Virus record (IMG/VR): IMGVR_UViG_3300022752_000014
DNA length: 64,000 nt
Reading direction: 5' to 3' (one strand)
Source of the DNA: a virus
Taxonomy: Duplodnaviria > Caudoviricetes
The stretch's first letter is position 1, and each line of letters begins with the position of its first letter. The position numbers and the translations under genes were made by a program. Below the pieces are notes generated by a model. The model was not told the origin of the DNA, searched no databases, and worked only from the letters and a program-made list of their open reading frames with translations. Of the stretch, positions 19,268 through 30,255 are shown piece by piece.

Positions 19268-22200
19268 ATGGCAAATCCAATAATTAAAATCAAACGGTCG
19301 GCTGTTGCCGGTAAAATTCCAACAACGACAAGTTTGGAACTTGGGGAATTAGCCATCAATACCTATGACGGTAAAGTTTATATTGAACAAGATCAGGGTG
19401 CTGTTGGTGTAGGAACCACAATTATCATCATCAACCCCTGGTCTGTTGGTTTAGGAAGCACAGCATATAACACTTACTTTACTGCTGGATCTGTTGGTAT
19501 TGGAACCACAAATCCAACAGAACCCGGTTTATCAGTTCTTGGTAAAGTACAAATATATCAAGACAGCAGTTCTAATAATAGAATAATTTTTAGAGGGCAA
19601 CCAGGTTCCTCTTATCGTTGGAATATTGATAATTATAGTTCCTCTAATCAGTTTAGAATTTTTAGGGAAGATGATGCAACTTCTGCAAATGGTTCTGTTG
19701 CAGTAAGTATCAGTACCACTGGCACTGTAACTGCTACAAAATTTTCTGGTGATGGTTCTTTACTCACAGGTATTACTGCCTCTGGTAGTGGTGTTGTAGT
19801 TCAAAATCAAGGGTCTAATGTTGGTACTGCTGGTACATTAAACTTCAGTACAAATTTAAATGCAACATTTGCTTCTGGCACTGCAACCATATCTCTTTCT
19901 AATAATCCTTCAATCAGTGGTATACTTACAGCAGACCAAGTTTATACCTCAAATAATGGCAATGGAACAAACATAAGAATTGGTGATGATGCTTGGTTAG
20001 GTGATATTAACGTAGCAAATACAACTCGTCTCTCCGGTGCTCAAGATGGCACTAAAGGATTTATAGTTTTTGGTAATTCGGATGCTGTTGCTTTAGGTAG
20101 AACTGGAACTGGACCATTATATTATGGTGGAAATTTCGAGGTTGCTGGAGTTATAACTGCATCAAGTTTTAATGGCAATGCTTCAAGTGCGACTTATGCA
20201 TCAACAGCAGGCGTGGCAACCTATGCCACTAATGCTGGTGTAGCAACAGCACTTCAAAACGTAAGAACTTTTGAAATTACTGGAGACGTTGTTGCCTCTG
20301 CAATTAGTTTTGATGGAACTGGAAATGTATCTTTAGCAGCAACCATTCAACCAAATAGTGTTGGACTTGGAACAGATACAACTGGTGATTATGTAACCAA
20401 TATCACAGGAACATCAAACCAAATTACAGTTACGAGTGGAACTGGAGAAGGTTCAACACCAACTTTAAGTATTCCAAATCAATTCACTGCTCCTCAAGAT
20501 GTAGAAATTACTAGAGATCTACAGGTTAATCGTAACTTAAATGTAAATGGTAATATTACGATTGGTGGTACATCTGCCACAATTTTTTCATCAACACTAA
20601 ACATCTATGATCCAGATATTGTTCTTGGTTATAGAACAGATGCCTTTGGTAATGATGTTTCCACCGATAATACAGCCAATCATGGTGGTATTGCAATTGC
20701 TTCAACCGAAGGTAATCCATTAGTTCAATTATTCATTGCTGGTATTGAAACAAACCCTGCCACATATAAAAAAATTATGTGGTTTAAGGCAGGAGAATTT
20801 GCTGGACTTGGAACTGATGCTTGGTTAAGTAACTATGCTGTTGGTATTGGATCAACTCAATTTCCAATAGGAACAAGACTTGCCGCTGGTTCGGTTCAAT
20901 TTACTCAAAATGATTTAGCAGTCGTAAGAAATGTCAACTCATCTGGCGTCTCCACGCTAGGAACAGTTCAAATATCATCTGGCATTATCACTGCCACAAG
21001 TGGTGTTGTAACTTATTATGGTGATGGTTCTAAACTCTCTAATATTATCAGTGGAGTATCTATTTCCACTGATACTACCAACCAAGCACAACTTATACCA
21101 TATGTAGTATCAACTGGATCTACAACTGGATTTGGTGTTAGTGCATCAGGACTTGTATTTAATCCCTCAACTGATAATCTTGGCATAAACACTTCAACTC
21201 CAACACAAACTCTACACGTTCAAGGTAATGCAAGAATTACTGGTGGAATTTATGATTCTAACAATAATGTAGGAACTGCTGGATCTGTTCTTTCTTCTAC
21301 TGGTACTGGATTATCTTGGATTCCTGCTGCTGCTGGCGGTGGGGGTGCAGGAACTACATTCTTTGGTGCTAAGTTTGATACTAATATTGATAGTACTCTT
21401 TATATTCAACCAACAGGAACTTTAGATATTGTAGGTGTTGGTACAACAACGACACAAATTACAACATTCCCTTCTGGATCTAGTGAATATATTATCCATT
21501 CCATTCACGTCACAAATATATCTAATGGTGATGCTGAAGTTACAGGTGGATTCTTAATAAACTCAAGAGCAGTTCCCGCATCAATTTCAGTCAGCATCGG
21601 TCAAAGTGGAAGAGCAGGTTTTAATACAGTCACAGTGGGTAGTGCGAGTAGTATTGTTCCAGGTATGGCTGTAATTGGTACTGGTAATATTGGTGAAACG
21701 ACTGGTATTGGATCCACAGCAGGATTCCAGTTCAATACTTATGTGACTAGTGTAGATGGAACTGTAGTGTCATTCAGTAAACCTCTAAGTGGTCGTATTG
21801 TCGGTGTTGCAACATTCATACCAACTTCTAAATTTGCATCCAGACTTCCAATTCCTGTTGGATCTGCAGTTGAACTTTTAAAACAACCGATGATTCTTAA
21901 TGCATTAGACAGTATTGTACTACAATCTACTGGTGCAGGTACTGGTGTTGGTTCAACATCAACCGCAGCAATTTCACAAACATCAGGTTCTAATCTACTA
22001 ACAGTAACTGCAGGTGCTGCGATTACAAACTTTATTGCAGCAGGTCAATTAATTCAGGGAACAGGTTCTAATACTGGTATTCAAACCAATACTTTTGTTG
22101 GTGTTGGTTATACTCCTGGACAATTAACAGTTCCTATGACAAGACCAGCAACATCCACATTAGCATCACAAATTCTTTCATTCACAGAAGTTGTGACTCC

Positions 22201-22639
22201 ACAAGATGGTGCCTTGCAAGCAACAATCGTATATCAAACAACAGCAGATACTTCATTCCAAGGTGGTACTGGTACTGTTGTTGGTATTGTAACTCTGGCA
22301 TCACAAGCAACATCACCAACTTTAGGTATTACATCTACTGTTCCATTATGCTATTATGGAACTGGAAATACCTATCCATCAGTCATTCAATCCATTCGAG
22401 TTACAAATATTTCTGATGGTAGCATCTATCCTGGTGGCGATTATCCCGTATCCGTAGGTATTGGTAATAGTGATACAATATTCTCTTGGTTGGCATATAA
22501 TATGGTAATTCCAAAGAACTCTTCAATTGAACTTTGTGAAGCACCGAAGAGATTAGGTATCGGTCAATCAATTTTTGCAGTTGCAAGCACTCCATACACA
22601 ATTGAAATACAAATCGCAGGAAGACAAAAGTTAGTATAA
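19268..22639 (+). CDS. Large tail fibre protein
   Basis: MANPIIKIKRSAVAGKIP..LELGELAINTYDG N-terminus; shares a domain with 16397..18994; two C-terminal SIxVTNIS domains. Confidence 0.75.
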   Translation: MANPIIKIKRSAVAGKIPTTTSLELGELAINTYDGKVYIEQDQGAVGVGTTIIIINPWSVGLGSTAYNTYFTAGSVGIGTTNPTEPGLSVLGKVQIYQDSSSNNRIIFRGQPGSSYRWNIDNYSSSNQFRIFREDDATSANGSVAVSISTTGTVTATKFSGDGSLLTGITASGSGVVVQNQGSNVGTAGTLNFSTNLNATFASGTATISLSNNPSISGILTADQVYTSNNGNGTNIRIGDDAWLGDINVANTTRLSGAQDGTKGFIVFGNSDAVALGRTGTGPLYYGGNFEVAGVITASSFNGNASSATYASTAGVATYATNAGVATALQNVRTFEITGDVVASAISFDGTGNVSLAATIQPNSVGLGTDTTGDYVTNITGTSNQITVTSGTGEGSTPTLSIPNQFTAPQDVEITRDLQVNRNLNVNGNITIGGTSATIFSSTLNIYDPDIVLGYRTDAFGNDVSTDNTANHGGIAIASTEGNPLVQLFIAGIETNPATYKKIMWFKAGEFAGLGTDAWLSNYAVGIGSTQFPIGTRLAAGSVQFTQNDLAVVRNVNSSGVSTLGTVQISSGIITATSGVVTYYGDGSKLSNIISGVSISTDTTNQAQLIPYVVSTGSTTGFGVSASGLVFNPSTDNLGINTSTPTQTLHVQGNARITGGIYDSNNNVGTAGSVLSSTGTGLSWIPAAAGGGGAGTTFFGAKFDTNIDSTLYIQPTGTLDIVGVGTTTTQITTFPSGSSEYIIHSIHVTNISNGDAEVTGGFLINSRAVPASISVSIGQSGRAGFNTVTVGSASSIVPGMAVIGTGNIGETTGIGSTAGFQFNTYVTSVDGTVVSFSKPLSGRIVGVATFIPTSKFASRLPIPVGSAVELLKQPMILNALDSIVLQSTGAGTGVGSTSTAAISQTSGSNLLTVTAGAAITNFIAAGQLIQGTGSNTGIQTNTFVGVGYTPGQLTVPMTRPATSTLASQILSFTEVVTPQDGALQATIVYQTTADTSFQGGTGTVVGIVTLASQATSPTLGITSTVPLCYYGTGNTYPSVIQSIRVTNISDGSIYPGGDYPVSVGIGNSDTIFSWLAYNMVIPKNSSIELCEAPKRLGIGQSIFAVASTPYTIEIQIAGRQKLV

Positions 22640-22642
22640 TTT

Positions 22643-23296
22643 ATGAGTATTCTTATATCATTACCTTGTTATGGTGGATTGGTCAATGAAAAAACCACCA
22701 CATCACTTTTTAATCTTGGTAAACTTTTAGTTCGTAATAACATAGACCACGGTATCATGACCGTTGCAAATGAGTCACTGATTACTCACGGACGGTCAAG
22801 AATTGCAAACTTCTTTATGAATAATACTGAGTTTGAGTATCTGTTTTGTTTGGATGCTGATGTTGCTTTTCAACCAGAAGATATGTTGAAGTTATATTCA
22901 TATCAAAAACCAATTGTGTCTGCATCCTATCCTATGAAGACACTCCCAATTCGACATTGTTATGAACTTTATAATCCAGTAAAGTTATGTGGAAATCTTG
23001 TGAAGATTGGTGGAATTGGTATGGGATTTGTATTAATTCATCGAAGTGTGTTTGAGAAACTAAATAAGCATTATAGTGAATTAAAATATTTTCCAGGATT
23101 GAATAATTCAAACTATCCAATTACTGAAAAAGAATATCATAATTCATATCACTACTTTGCCGAAATGAATAAGGAAGGAAAATATTTGGGAGAAGATATG
23201 AGTTTCTTTCATCGTGTGAGTGATATTGGTTATGATGTTTGGATGGATACAAGTATAGAATTACAGCACATCGGTTCTCACGTATTCGGTAAGTAA
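22643..23296 (+). CDS. Glycosyltransferase-like protein (GT-A fold)
   Basis: ISLPCYG, ESLITHGR, LFCLDAD (DxD), IGMGFVLIHR, GEDMSF. Confidence 0.7.
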   Translation: MSILISLPCYGGLVNEKTTTSLFNLGKLLVRNNIDHGIMTVANESLITHGRSRIANFFMNNTEFEYLFCLDADVAFQPEDMLKLYSYQKPIVSASYPMKTLPIRHCYELYNPVKLCGNLVKIGGIGMGFVLIHRSVFEKLNKHYSELKYFPGLNNSNYPITEKEYHNSYHYFAEMNKEGKYLGEDMSFFHRVSDIGYDVWMDTSIELQHIGSHVFGK

Positions 23297-23297
23297 A

Positions 23298-25193
23298 ATG
23301 GCAATTGGAGTATTTGGTCTACAAGTTGCTTATAAACTGAAGAGACTTGAGGTAATGAGTACTGCCAATACTCACGGTTGGTTTGGTGGAGGATTTTTAA
23401 ATCCAGGAGGATTGACATCAGTAGATCGTGTAGATTTCTCTAATGATTCAATAACGGCATCACTAAGAGGTCCATTAGTAGCAGGAAGATATAGATTATC
23501 AGCAACAGGAAACTCTAACTATGGTTGGTTTGGCGGTGGAGGAACAACGAACCCATATACTACAACTTCAACAATACAACGTATAGATTTTTCAAATGAT
23601 TCATCAACTGCATCACCAAGAGGTCCAATAGGTAGTTCATTCAAAAAAGCACTTGCAGCAACAGGAAACTCTAACTATGGATGGTTTGGTGGAGGTGATG
23701 TTAGTGGATCAACAGTGGACCGCATAGATTTTTCAAATGATTCCGGAACAACATCATTGAGAGGTCCATTAAATTTTCCTTCAGGAAATACTGCATTAGC
23801 AGCAACAGGAAATTCTAATTATGGTTGGTTTGGTGGTGGTTTTAGTGTTGGAGCTTGGGTATCAGCAGTAAATCGTATAGATTTTTCAAATGATTTACCA
23901 ATAGCATCAGTTAGAAGTCCAATATTTGCATCAAGATACTTATCAGCAACAGGAAACTCTAACTATGGTTGGTTTGCTGTTGGCCAAGTTCCTGGACCAG
24001 CATTTACTTCAAGAGTAGACCGCATAGATTTCTCTAATGATTCTGCTCAGTCATCAACAAGAGGTCCCTTAACTTCTGCAACTGGCTATTACTCGGCAAC
24101 AGCAAACTCTAATTATGGTTGGTTTGGTGGTGGGCCCGCAACAATAGACCGTATAAATTTTGCAAATGATTCTGTAACATCATCATTAAGAGGTCGATTA
24201 ACAGTAGGTAGAACTTCTGGAGCAGCAACATCAGGACAAGCAAAAGGACCATCAATCAAACTAGGAAAAACTCTTGGATATGGTTGGATTGGTGGAAATG
24301 GATATTATGTTCCTCCATTTACTAAATCAACGTTTTCAACAGTTGACCGCATAGATTTCTCTAATGATTCATCAACAGCATCACCAAGAGGTCTATTAAG
24401 TTCAGCAAAAGAGAGCCTAGCAGCAGCAGGAAACTCTAACTATGGTTGGTTTGGTGGTGGTGCTCCTGGACCATTATCAACAGTAGACCGTATAGATTTC
24501 TCTAATGATTCTGCAACAGCATCAGTTAGAGGACCATTAAGTTTAACAAGATCTAATGAAGCAGCAACAGGAAACTCTAACTATGGTTGGTTTGGTGCAG
24601 GTGTTTCCCCTTCACAAACAGTAGACCGTATAGATTTTTCAAATGATTCAGCAACAGCATCACCAAGAGGAAATCTAATAATTGCTACAAATCAACTTGG
24701 AGCAACAGGAAATGCCAGTTACGGTTGGTTTGGTGGCGGGCAAGCACCTGGACCTCCTTATATTGGATACAGTTATGTTCAACGTATAGATTTCTCTAAT
24801 GATTTGCCAACAGCATCACCAAGAGGTTTATTAAGTGCATCTGGATATATGCTGGCAGCAACGGGGAATTCTAATTATGGATGGTTTGGTTCTCGTTCTC
24901 GTGATGGTGGAGCTACTGCAATAACAACAATAGACCGTATCAATTTTTCGAATGATTCTGTAACAGCATCACCAAGAGGTCTTCTGAATATTGGAAGAAG
25001 AAGTGCTTCTGCAACAGGGAACTCTAACTATGGTTGGTGGTTTGGTGGTATTTTAAATCCAGGACAACTTTCCGCATACTCTTCAGTGGAGCGTATAGAT
25101 TTTTCAAATGATTCGGCAACAGCATCAACAAGAGGTAACTTAACCGCAATTAGAAACAATTCAGCAGCAACCTCCAACACACCAATAGGATAA
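23298..25193 (+). CDS. Kelch-like double beta-propeller protein 1 (12 repeats)
   Basis: 12 copies of GWFGGG-var-STVDRIDFSND-RGPL-var-AATGNSNY, with a linker after repeat 6. Confidence 0.75.
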   Translation: MAIGVFGLQVAYKLKRLEVMSTANTHGWFGGGFLNPGGLTSVDRVDFSNDSITASLRGPLVAGRYRLSATGNSNYGWFGGGGTTNPYTTTSTIQRIDFSNDSSTASPRGPIGSSFKKALAATGNSNYGWFGGGDVSGSTVDRIDFSNDSGTTSLRGPLNFPSGNTALAATGNSNYGWFGGGFSVGAWVSAVNRIDFSNDLPIASVRSPIFASRYLSATGNSNYGWFAVGQVPGPAFTSRVDRIDFSNDSAQSSTRGPLTSATGYYSATANSNYGWFGGGPATIDRINFANDSVTSSLRGRLTVGRTSGAATSGQAKGPSIKLGKTLGYGWIGGNGYYVPPFTKSTFSTVDRIDFSNDSSTASPRGLLSSAKESLAAAGNSNYGWFGGGAPGPLSTVDRIDFSNDSATASVRGPLSLTRSNEAATGNSNYGWFGAGVSPSQTVDRIDFSNDSATASPRGNLIIATNQLGATGNASYGWFGGGQAPGPPYIGYSYVQRIDFSNDLPTASPRGLLSASGYMLAATGNSNYGWFGSRSRDGGATAITTIDRINFSNDSVTASPRGLLNIGRRSASATGNSNYGWWFGGILNPGQLSAYSSVERIDFSNDSATASTRGNLTAIRNNSAATSNTPIG

Positions 25194-25217
25194 ATATCTC
25201 AAACTACATCATTTCTT

Positions 25218-25829
25218 ATGAGGCAAAACATTATTATTGTTGATAATTTTTATGAGAATCCATATGAAGTTCGTCAGTATGCACTAAATCTGGAGTATCC
25301 ACAACCACAAGACGGTTATACATATCCAGGTAGAAACTCAAAAGGAACTTTTTATAATCAAGAGATTCACGATAAGTTTGAACTTCTTTTAGGAAGACGT
25401 TTGATTCCAGCACAAGAAGGAAATCACGGCGACTTTAGATTATCATTAGAAACAGATACATTTCAACAAGACATTCATATTGATCCAATCTGGGACTGGG
25501 GTTGCGTTCTTTATATGAATCTACCACATCAGTGTATTGATGAGGCAGGAACATCTTTCTGGAAACATAAAAAACTGGGATGGGAAAGATGCCCCGAACA
25601 GCACGAAGCAGGTTGGTTTGGTTATACTTCTTATGAAGAAATTAGAGAGGGTATTGTTTATGGCGATGGACTTGATCGTTCCAAGTGGGAGCGATACTGT
25701 TTGGCAAATATGCGATATAATAGAGCAGTCATCTTTGATCCAAAACTCTGGCACTCACACGGAGCAAACTTTGGAGATTGTTTAGAAAACGGTAGATTAG
25801 TTCAATTGTTCTTTTTTAGTAATGCATAA
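25218..25829 (+). CDS. 2OG-Fe(II) oxygenase-like protein (DUF6445-like)
   Basis: IIIVDNFYENP, YPG.R, DIHID (HxD), VLYMN, GTSFW, LWHSHG, RLVQLFF. Confidence 0.65.
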   Translation: MRQNIIIVDNFYENPYEVRQYALNLEYPQPQDGYTYPGRNSKGTFYNQEIHDKFELLLGRRLIPAQEGNHGDFRLSLETDTFQQDIHIDPIWDWGCVLYMNLPHQCIDEAGTSFWKHKKLGWERCPEQHEAGWFGYTSYEEIREGIVYGDGLDRSKWERYCLANMRYNRAVIFDPKLWHSHGANFGDCLENGRLVQLFFFSNA

Positions 25830-26652
25830 GACTTATTTTTTTGAAAGTGGATTACCTCGTTCTGGTTCTACATTACTTTCTGCAATTCTAAATCAAAATC
25901 CAGACCTTCACTGTGGTGCTATATCTCCTGTGTTGGAGATTATGTATTATACAGAGCAATACTTTGAGGGGTCGGAGCAGGCACTTGCATATCCAAAACC
26001 AGCACAGCATCATAAGATTATTTCAAGTGTGATTGATAATTATTATAGTGATAGAGAAGAAAAATATATTGTAGATAAATGCCGTGCTTGGCCAAATAAT
26101 GTTGACAGAATACAAGAATACATCACAAAGACACCAAAGATTTTGTGTCCCGTAAGAGATGTATTAGAGATTCTTGCATCTTTTATTCAAATGATTCATC
26201 GCAATTCAAATCAATTATCATTTGTTGATAAAGCATTAAGAGATTATGGATATGAGGTGAATGATGATAATCGTTGTGATTACCTTATGTGCCCTGAAGG
26301 GATTGTAGACCAGTCCTTATATGCCTTCGGAGAGGGATTTAGAAAGGGTTGTGAAAAGTATATGCATATGATTGAGTATAATGACTTGGTGAATCGTCCA
26401 GAAGAAACGATGCATAAAGTTTATCAGTTTCTTGAGATTCCCGAATATCAACACGACTTTGGGAATGTAAGTCATAAATACAGGGAGAGAGATAATGAAG
26501 TTTACGGATTGAGTGATATGCACGAAGTTCGTAAGCAAGTCAAAAGAACTTCTAAAAGACCCGAAGAAGTTTTGAGTGATTATGTATTGAATAAGTATTC
26601 TGGTATGGAATTTTGGAGAAAGGCAAAACAACCAATCAGTTTGTTTATCTAA
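25822..26652 (+). CDS. Sulfotransferase
   Basis: SGLPRSGSTLL PAPS-binding loop; VRDVLEILAS 3'-phosphate motif; IEYNDLV..PEETM..V..FL. Confidence 0.85.
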   Translation: MHKTYFFESGLPRSGSTLLSAILNQNPDLHCGAISPVLEIMYYTEQYFEGSEQALAYPKPAQHHKIISSVIDNYYSDREEKYIVDKCRAWPNNVDRIQEYITKTPKILCPVRDVLEILASFIQMIHRNSNQLSFVDKALRDYGYEVNDDNRCDYLMCPEGIVDQSLYAFGEGFRKGCEKYMHMIEYNDLVNRPEETMHKVYQFLEIPEYQHDFGNVSHKYRERDNEVYGLSDMHEVRKQVKRTSKRPEEVLSDYVLNKYSGMEFWRKAKQPISLFI

Positions 26653-28518
26653 ATGACAATCAATAATAACAATATATTTGGAGCATTTACTCTTAATGAT
26701 GCAAGAGGGTCACGACTGACTGGTGATTGGTTGAATAAAGAGTTTGTTGCGAATTATGGTTGGTTTGGTGGTGGTACTCCAGGACCAGTATCAACAGTAG
26801 ACCGTATAGATTTTTCGAATGATACTGGGACAATATCACCTAGAGGTTCTTTGAGTACTGCAAGATGGTTGACAGCAGCAACAGGAAACTCTAATTATGG
26901 TTGGTTTGGGGGAGGTTCTCAACCAGCAACAACATTTTCAAAAGTAGACCGAATAGATTTTTCTAATGATTCTTCAACAACATCAGTAAGAGGTCCATTA
27001 AGTTCAGAAAGAAATGGTATGGGAGCAACAGGAAACTCTAACTATGGTTGGTTTGGTGGTGGTTTTCAATTATCAACAGTAGAACGTATCGATTTTTCTA
27101 ATGATTCTTCAACAGCATCACAAAGAGGTCCATTAAGTTTAGCAAGATATAGATTCGGAGGAGCAACAGGAAACTCCAACTATGGTTGGTTTGGTGGAGG
27201 TACATTTGCACTATCAGTATATTCAAGAGTAGACCGCATAGATTTTTCTAATGATGTATCAACGGCATCACCAAGAGGTTCGTTAAGTTTAACAAGATAT
27301 GGTATAGGAGCAACAGGAAACTCCAACTATGGTTGGTTTGGTGGTGGTTATTCGGGAACTATTAGTTCAATACACTATTCCATAGTAGACCGTATAGATT
27401 TTTCTAATGATTCAGTAAGAGCATCCGTTAGAGGTCCATTAAGTTCAACAAGATATCAAGCAGCAGCAACAGGAAACTCTAATTATGGTTGGTGGGGTGG
27501 AGGTGGTAGATTTCCTTCTGTTCCTTCTCCTGCATTATCAACAGTAGACCGTATAGATTTTGCAAATGATTCTGTATCAGCACCTTCAAGAAATCTATTA
27601 ACTTCTGCAAGATATGGTCATGCAGCAACATCAGGAGTTCTCAATATTCGCAGACAAAAAGCAGGGAATTATGGTTGGTTTGGTGGTGGACAAACACCGG
27701 CAATACCAGGAATAGTTTCAACAGTAGATCGTGTAGATTTTACAAATGATTTAGCAACAGCATCAGTTAGAGGTTCTTTAAATTTAAGATCTGCAGCAGC
27801 AGCAACAGGAAACTCTAATTATGGTTGGTTTGGGGGAGGCACCCCTGGTCCACTATCAACAGTAGACCGTATAGATTTCTCAAATGATTCTGCAACAGCA
27901 TCACCAAGAGGTCCATTAACCTTAGCAAGATCTATTTTAGCAGCAACAGGAAACTCTAATTATGGATGGTTTGGTGGGGGTTCTGGACCAGTATCAACAG
28001 TAGACCGTATAGATTTCTCAAATGATTCTGCAACAGCATCACCAAGAGGACCAATAATTGCTACAAGATATTTGGCAGCAACAGGAAACTCTAACTATGG
28101 TTGGTTTGGTGGCGGTTCTGCAGGAGCTTTAGTAAATCGTATAGATTTCTCAAATGATTCTGCAACAGCATCACCAAGAGGTCCATTAAGTTTATCAAGA
28201 GATAGATTAGCAGCAACAGGAAACTCTAACTATGGTTGGTTTGGTGGCGGTTCTCCAGCAAGATCAACAGTAGACCGTATAGATTTTTCAAATGATAACA
28301 TAACAGCATCACTAAGAGGATCATTAACTGGAACGAGATATAATGCTGGAGCAACAGGAAACTCTAATTATGGTTGGTTTGGGGGAGGCACCCCTGGTCC
28401 ATTATCAACAACAGATCGAATTGCATTTTCAAATGACTTAGTGACGGCATCGCCAAGAGGGTTATTAAGTCTAGCAAGATTTTTTCCAGTAGCAACCTCC
28501 AACACACCAATGGGATAA
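26653..28518 (+). CDS. Kelch-like double beta-propeller protein 2 (12 repeats)
   Basis: Same repeat, 12 copies; ends ATSNTPMG. Confidence 0.75.
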   Translation: MTINNNNIFGAFTLNDARGSRLTGDWLNKEFVANYGWFGGGTPGPVSTVDRIDFSNDTGTISPRGSLSTARWLTAATGNSNYGWFGGGSQPATTFSKVDRIDFSNDSSTTSVRGPLSSERNGMGATGNSNYGWFGGGFQLSTVERIDFSNDSSTASQRGPLSLARYRFGGATGNSNYGWFGGGTFALSVYSRVDRIDFSNDVSTASPRGSLSLTRYGIGATGNSNYGWFGGGYSGTISSIHYSIVDRIDFSNDSVRASVRGPLSSTRYQAAATGNSNYGWWGGGGRFPSVPSPALSTVDRIDFANDSVSAPSRNLLTSARYGHAATSGVLNIRRQKAGNYGWFGGGQTPAIPGIVSTVDRVDFTNDLATASVRGSLNLRSAAAATGNSNYGWFGGGTPGPLSTVDRIDFSNDSATASPRGPLTLARSILAATGNSNYGWFGGGSGPVSTVDRIDFSNDSATASPRGPIIATRYLAATGNSNYGWFGGGSAGALVNRIDFSNDSATASPRGPLSLSRDRLAATGNSNYGWFGGGSPARSTVDRIDFSNDNITASLRGSLTGTRYNAGATGNSNYGWFGGGTPGPLSTTDRIAFSNDLVTASPRGLLSLARFFPVATSNTPMG

Positions 28519-28521
28519 AAT

Positions 28522-30255
28522 ATGAAATCAGGAGCAAGTGAAAGTTCTTATTTTTTTCTTGAAGAATATTATAAGTTTCCAGAAAACATTATAGTTTCTC
28601 ATTTACCACAAGAACTTCAACAATCAAATAAACCAGTCAAAGTATTGTGGTCGCAACATTCTTATGACCAACCACATTATCTCAATTTTGATTTTTCAAT
28701 TTGTGATTTAATTGTTTCTCCATCCAACTGGTGCAGAGAGCAGTTCATCAAGTATCATCATATTCCAGAAGATAAAATCGTCACAATTCCAACAGGAGTA
28801 TCAAAGCAATTTACATACTCCAACAAAAAATCAAAGACATTCATTTATACTTCCATACCATACAAAGGTCTTGAAGTATTGGCACAAATCATTCCTCATA
28901 TTCCTGAGGCAACATTCAAAATTTTCTCTGCGATGAATCTTTATGATATTCAAGAAGACCCATACACAGAACTTTATGAATATCTCAAATCACTTCCAAA
29001 TGTAATCTATTCACCAGCAGTAGACCAAGCAGAACTCATAGAGCACTTACAAGATGCAGCATTCTTCATTCATCCAAACATCTGGGAAGAAACATTTTGT
29101 GTTTCACTTGCAGAAGCAATGTCTTGTGGATGCTTTCCAATTCTGACTGATATTGGAGCACTACCCGAAGTATCCAATGAGATTGCGAATATTGTTTCAA
29201 TGGAAGGCACAAGAACCACCAGAGGATACGAAGTTACAGACAACTTCCTAAATAACTTTATAGATGCCTGTAAATCTGCTCTATATTTCTTTGATAATGA
29301 CAGGCAATATTACGATCAAATTTCACAATCAGTTTCATATTATGCTACTGAAACTTATGATTGGAAAAAAATTGCAAACGTTTGGAAACAAACATTAGAA
29401 CCATTTAGTAAAAACACTATGACTGAAAATTGTAATCAATTGCAAGTTGTTTCTCCAGAAGAAGCAGTAAGTAACGAAGAATATTTACAACAAGCATTTC
29501 AGGAAGTGCTTCGCTGGGAAGAGGCAGATAAAGAACTTGCACAAGGAAGAACCAATTTCCAGATTGAAAAGTTCTTTCTGTTAGAGCAATACACAGTTCC
29601 TGCAGCATTCCAGGCAGCAATTAAGAATCGTCGCATTCTTGCTGAAGGTTATATGCAGAAACTGATTGAGATGAAAGAGAAGGTTCGTGAGTTTGAGTAT
29701 CGTTGGAAAGGTAAGAATACTGATGAACCTGTAGAGTGGCATACATCAGGACCTAATGGTGGTTCTACAAAACTCTACTGGCACGATTTGGATTCACTAT
29801 CAATTCAAAACTACTTGAAATCTTGTGAATTAGAAATTCGTGACCGTATTCAGCAAATGAATTTCTTTGATAAGATGATTAATAAACTAATTGAACTCAA
29901 CGGCGGTAAGACTGTCACTCGTGAGCAGTTTGAAGCAGAGGACCACGTTTATTGGGAACGTCGTTTTGCAGAGCAATCTCTGGATGAAATGGTAAGTTCT
30001 AAGACTGGTATTAGTATTGGTAATCTTCACTCCATGAGAAGAGGAACTGCGCCAACATTAATCAGTGAAGACACAAACCGTATTAAGAATGGTTATGGTT
30101 CTCTTGCCGATGCAATTAATGACCCAGAAAGATTCTTGAATACTCTGCAAGAAAAAGTTCTTCGTGGTATTGAAGAAGTGACAAATACTGACCTTGGTTT
30201 GCTTGCTCCTGGAACTGAACAACATCAACAACTTTTAGAATCCAGAAATCCATAA
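28522..30255 (+). CDS. GT-B (GT4-like) glycosyltransferase fused to a helical/coiled-coil domain
   Basis: YTSIPYKGL, HPNIWEETFCVSLAEAMSCG (Ex7E), TDIGALPE; helical second half begins at Met300 (nt 29419). Confidence 0.75.
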   Translation: MKSGASESSYFFLEEYYKFPENIIVSHLPQELQQSNKPVKVLWSQHSYDQPHYLNFDFSICDLIVSPSNWCREQFIKYHHIPEDKIVTIPTGVSKQFTYSNKKSKTFIYTSIPYKGLEVLAQIIPHIPEATFKIFSAMNLYDIQEDPYTELYEYLKSLPNVIYSPAVDQAELIEHLQDAAFFIHPNIWEETFCVSLAEAMSCGCFPILTDIGALPEVSNEIANIVSMEGTRTTRGYEVTDNFLNNFIDACKSALYFFDNDRQYYDQISQSVSYYATETYDWKKIANVWKQTLEPFSKNTMTENCNQLQVVSPEEAVSNEEYLQQAFQEVLRWEEADKELAQGRTNFQIEKFFLLEQYTVPAAFQAAIKNRRILAEGYMQKLIEMKEKVREFEYRWKGKNTDEPVEWHTSGPNGGSTKLYWHDLDSLSIQNYLKSCELEIRDRIQQMNFFDKMINKLIELNGGKTVTREQFEAEDHVYWERRFAEQSLDEMVSSKTGISIGNLHSMRRGTAPTLISEDTNRIKNGYGSLADAINDPERFLNTLQEKVLRGIEEVTNTDLGLLAPGTEQHQQLLESRNP

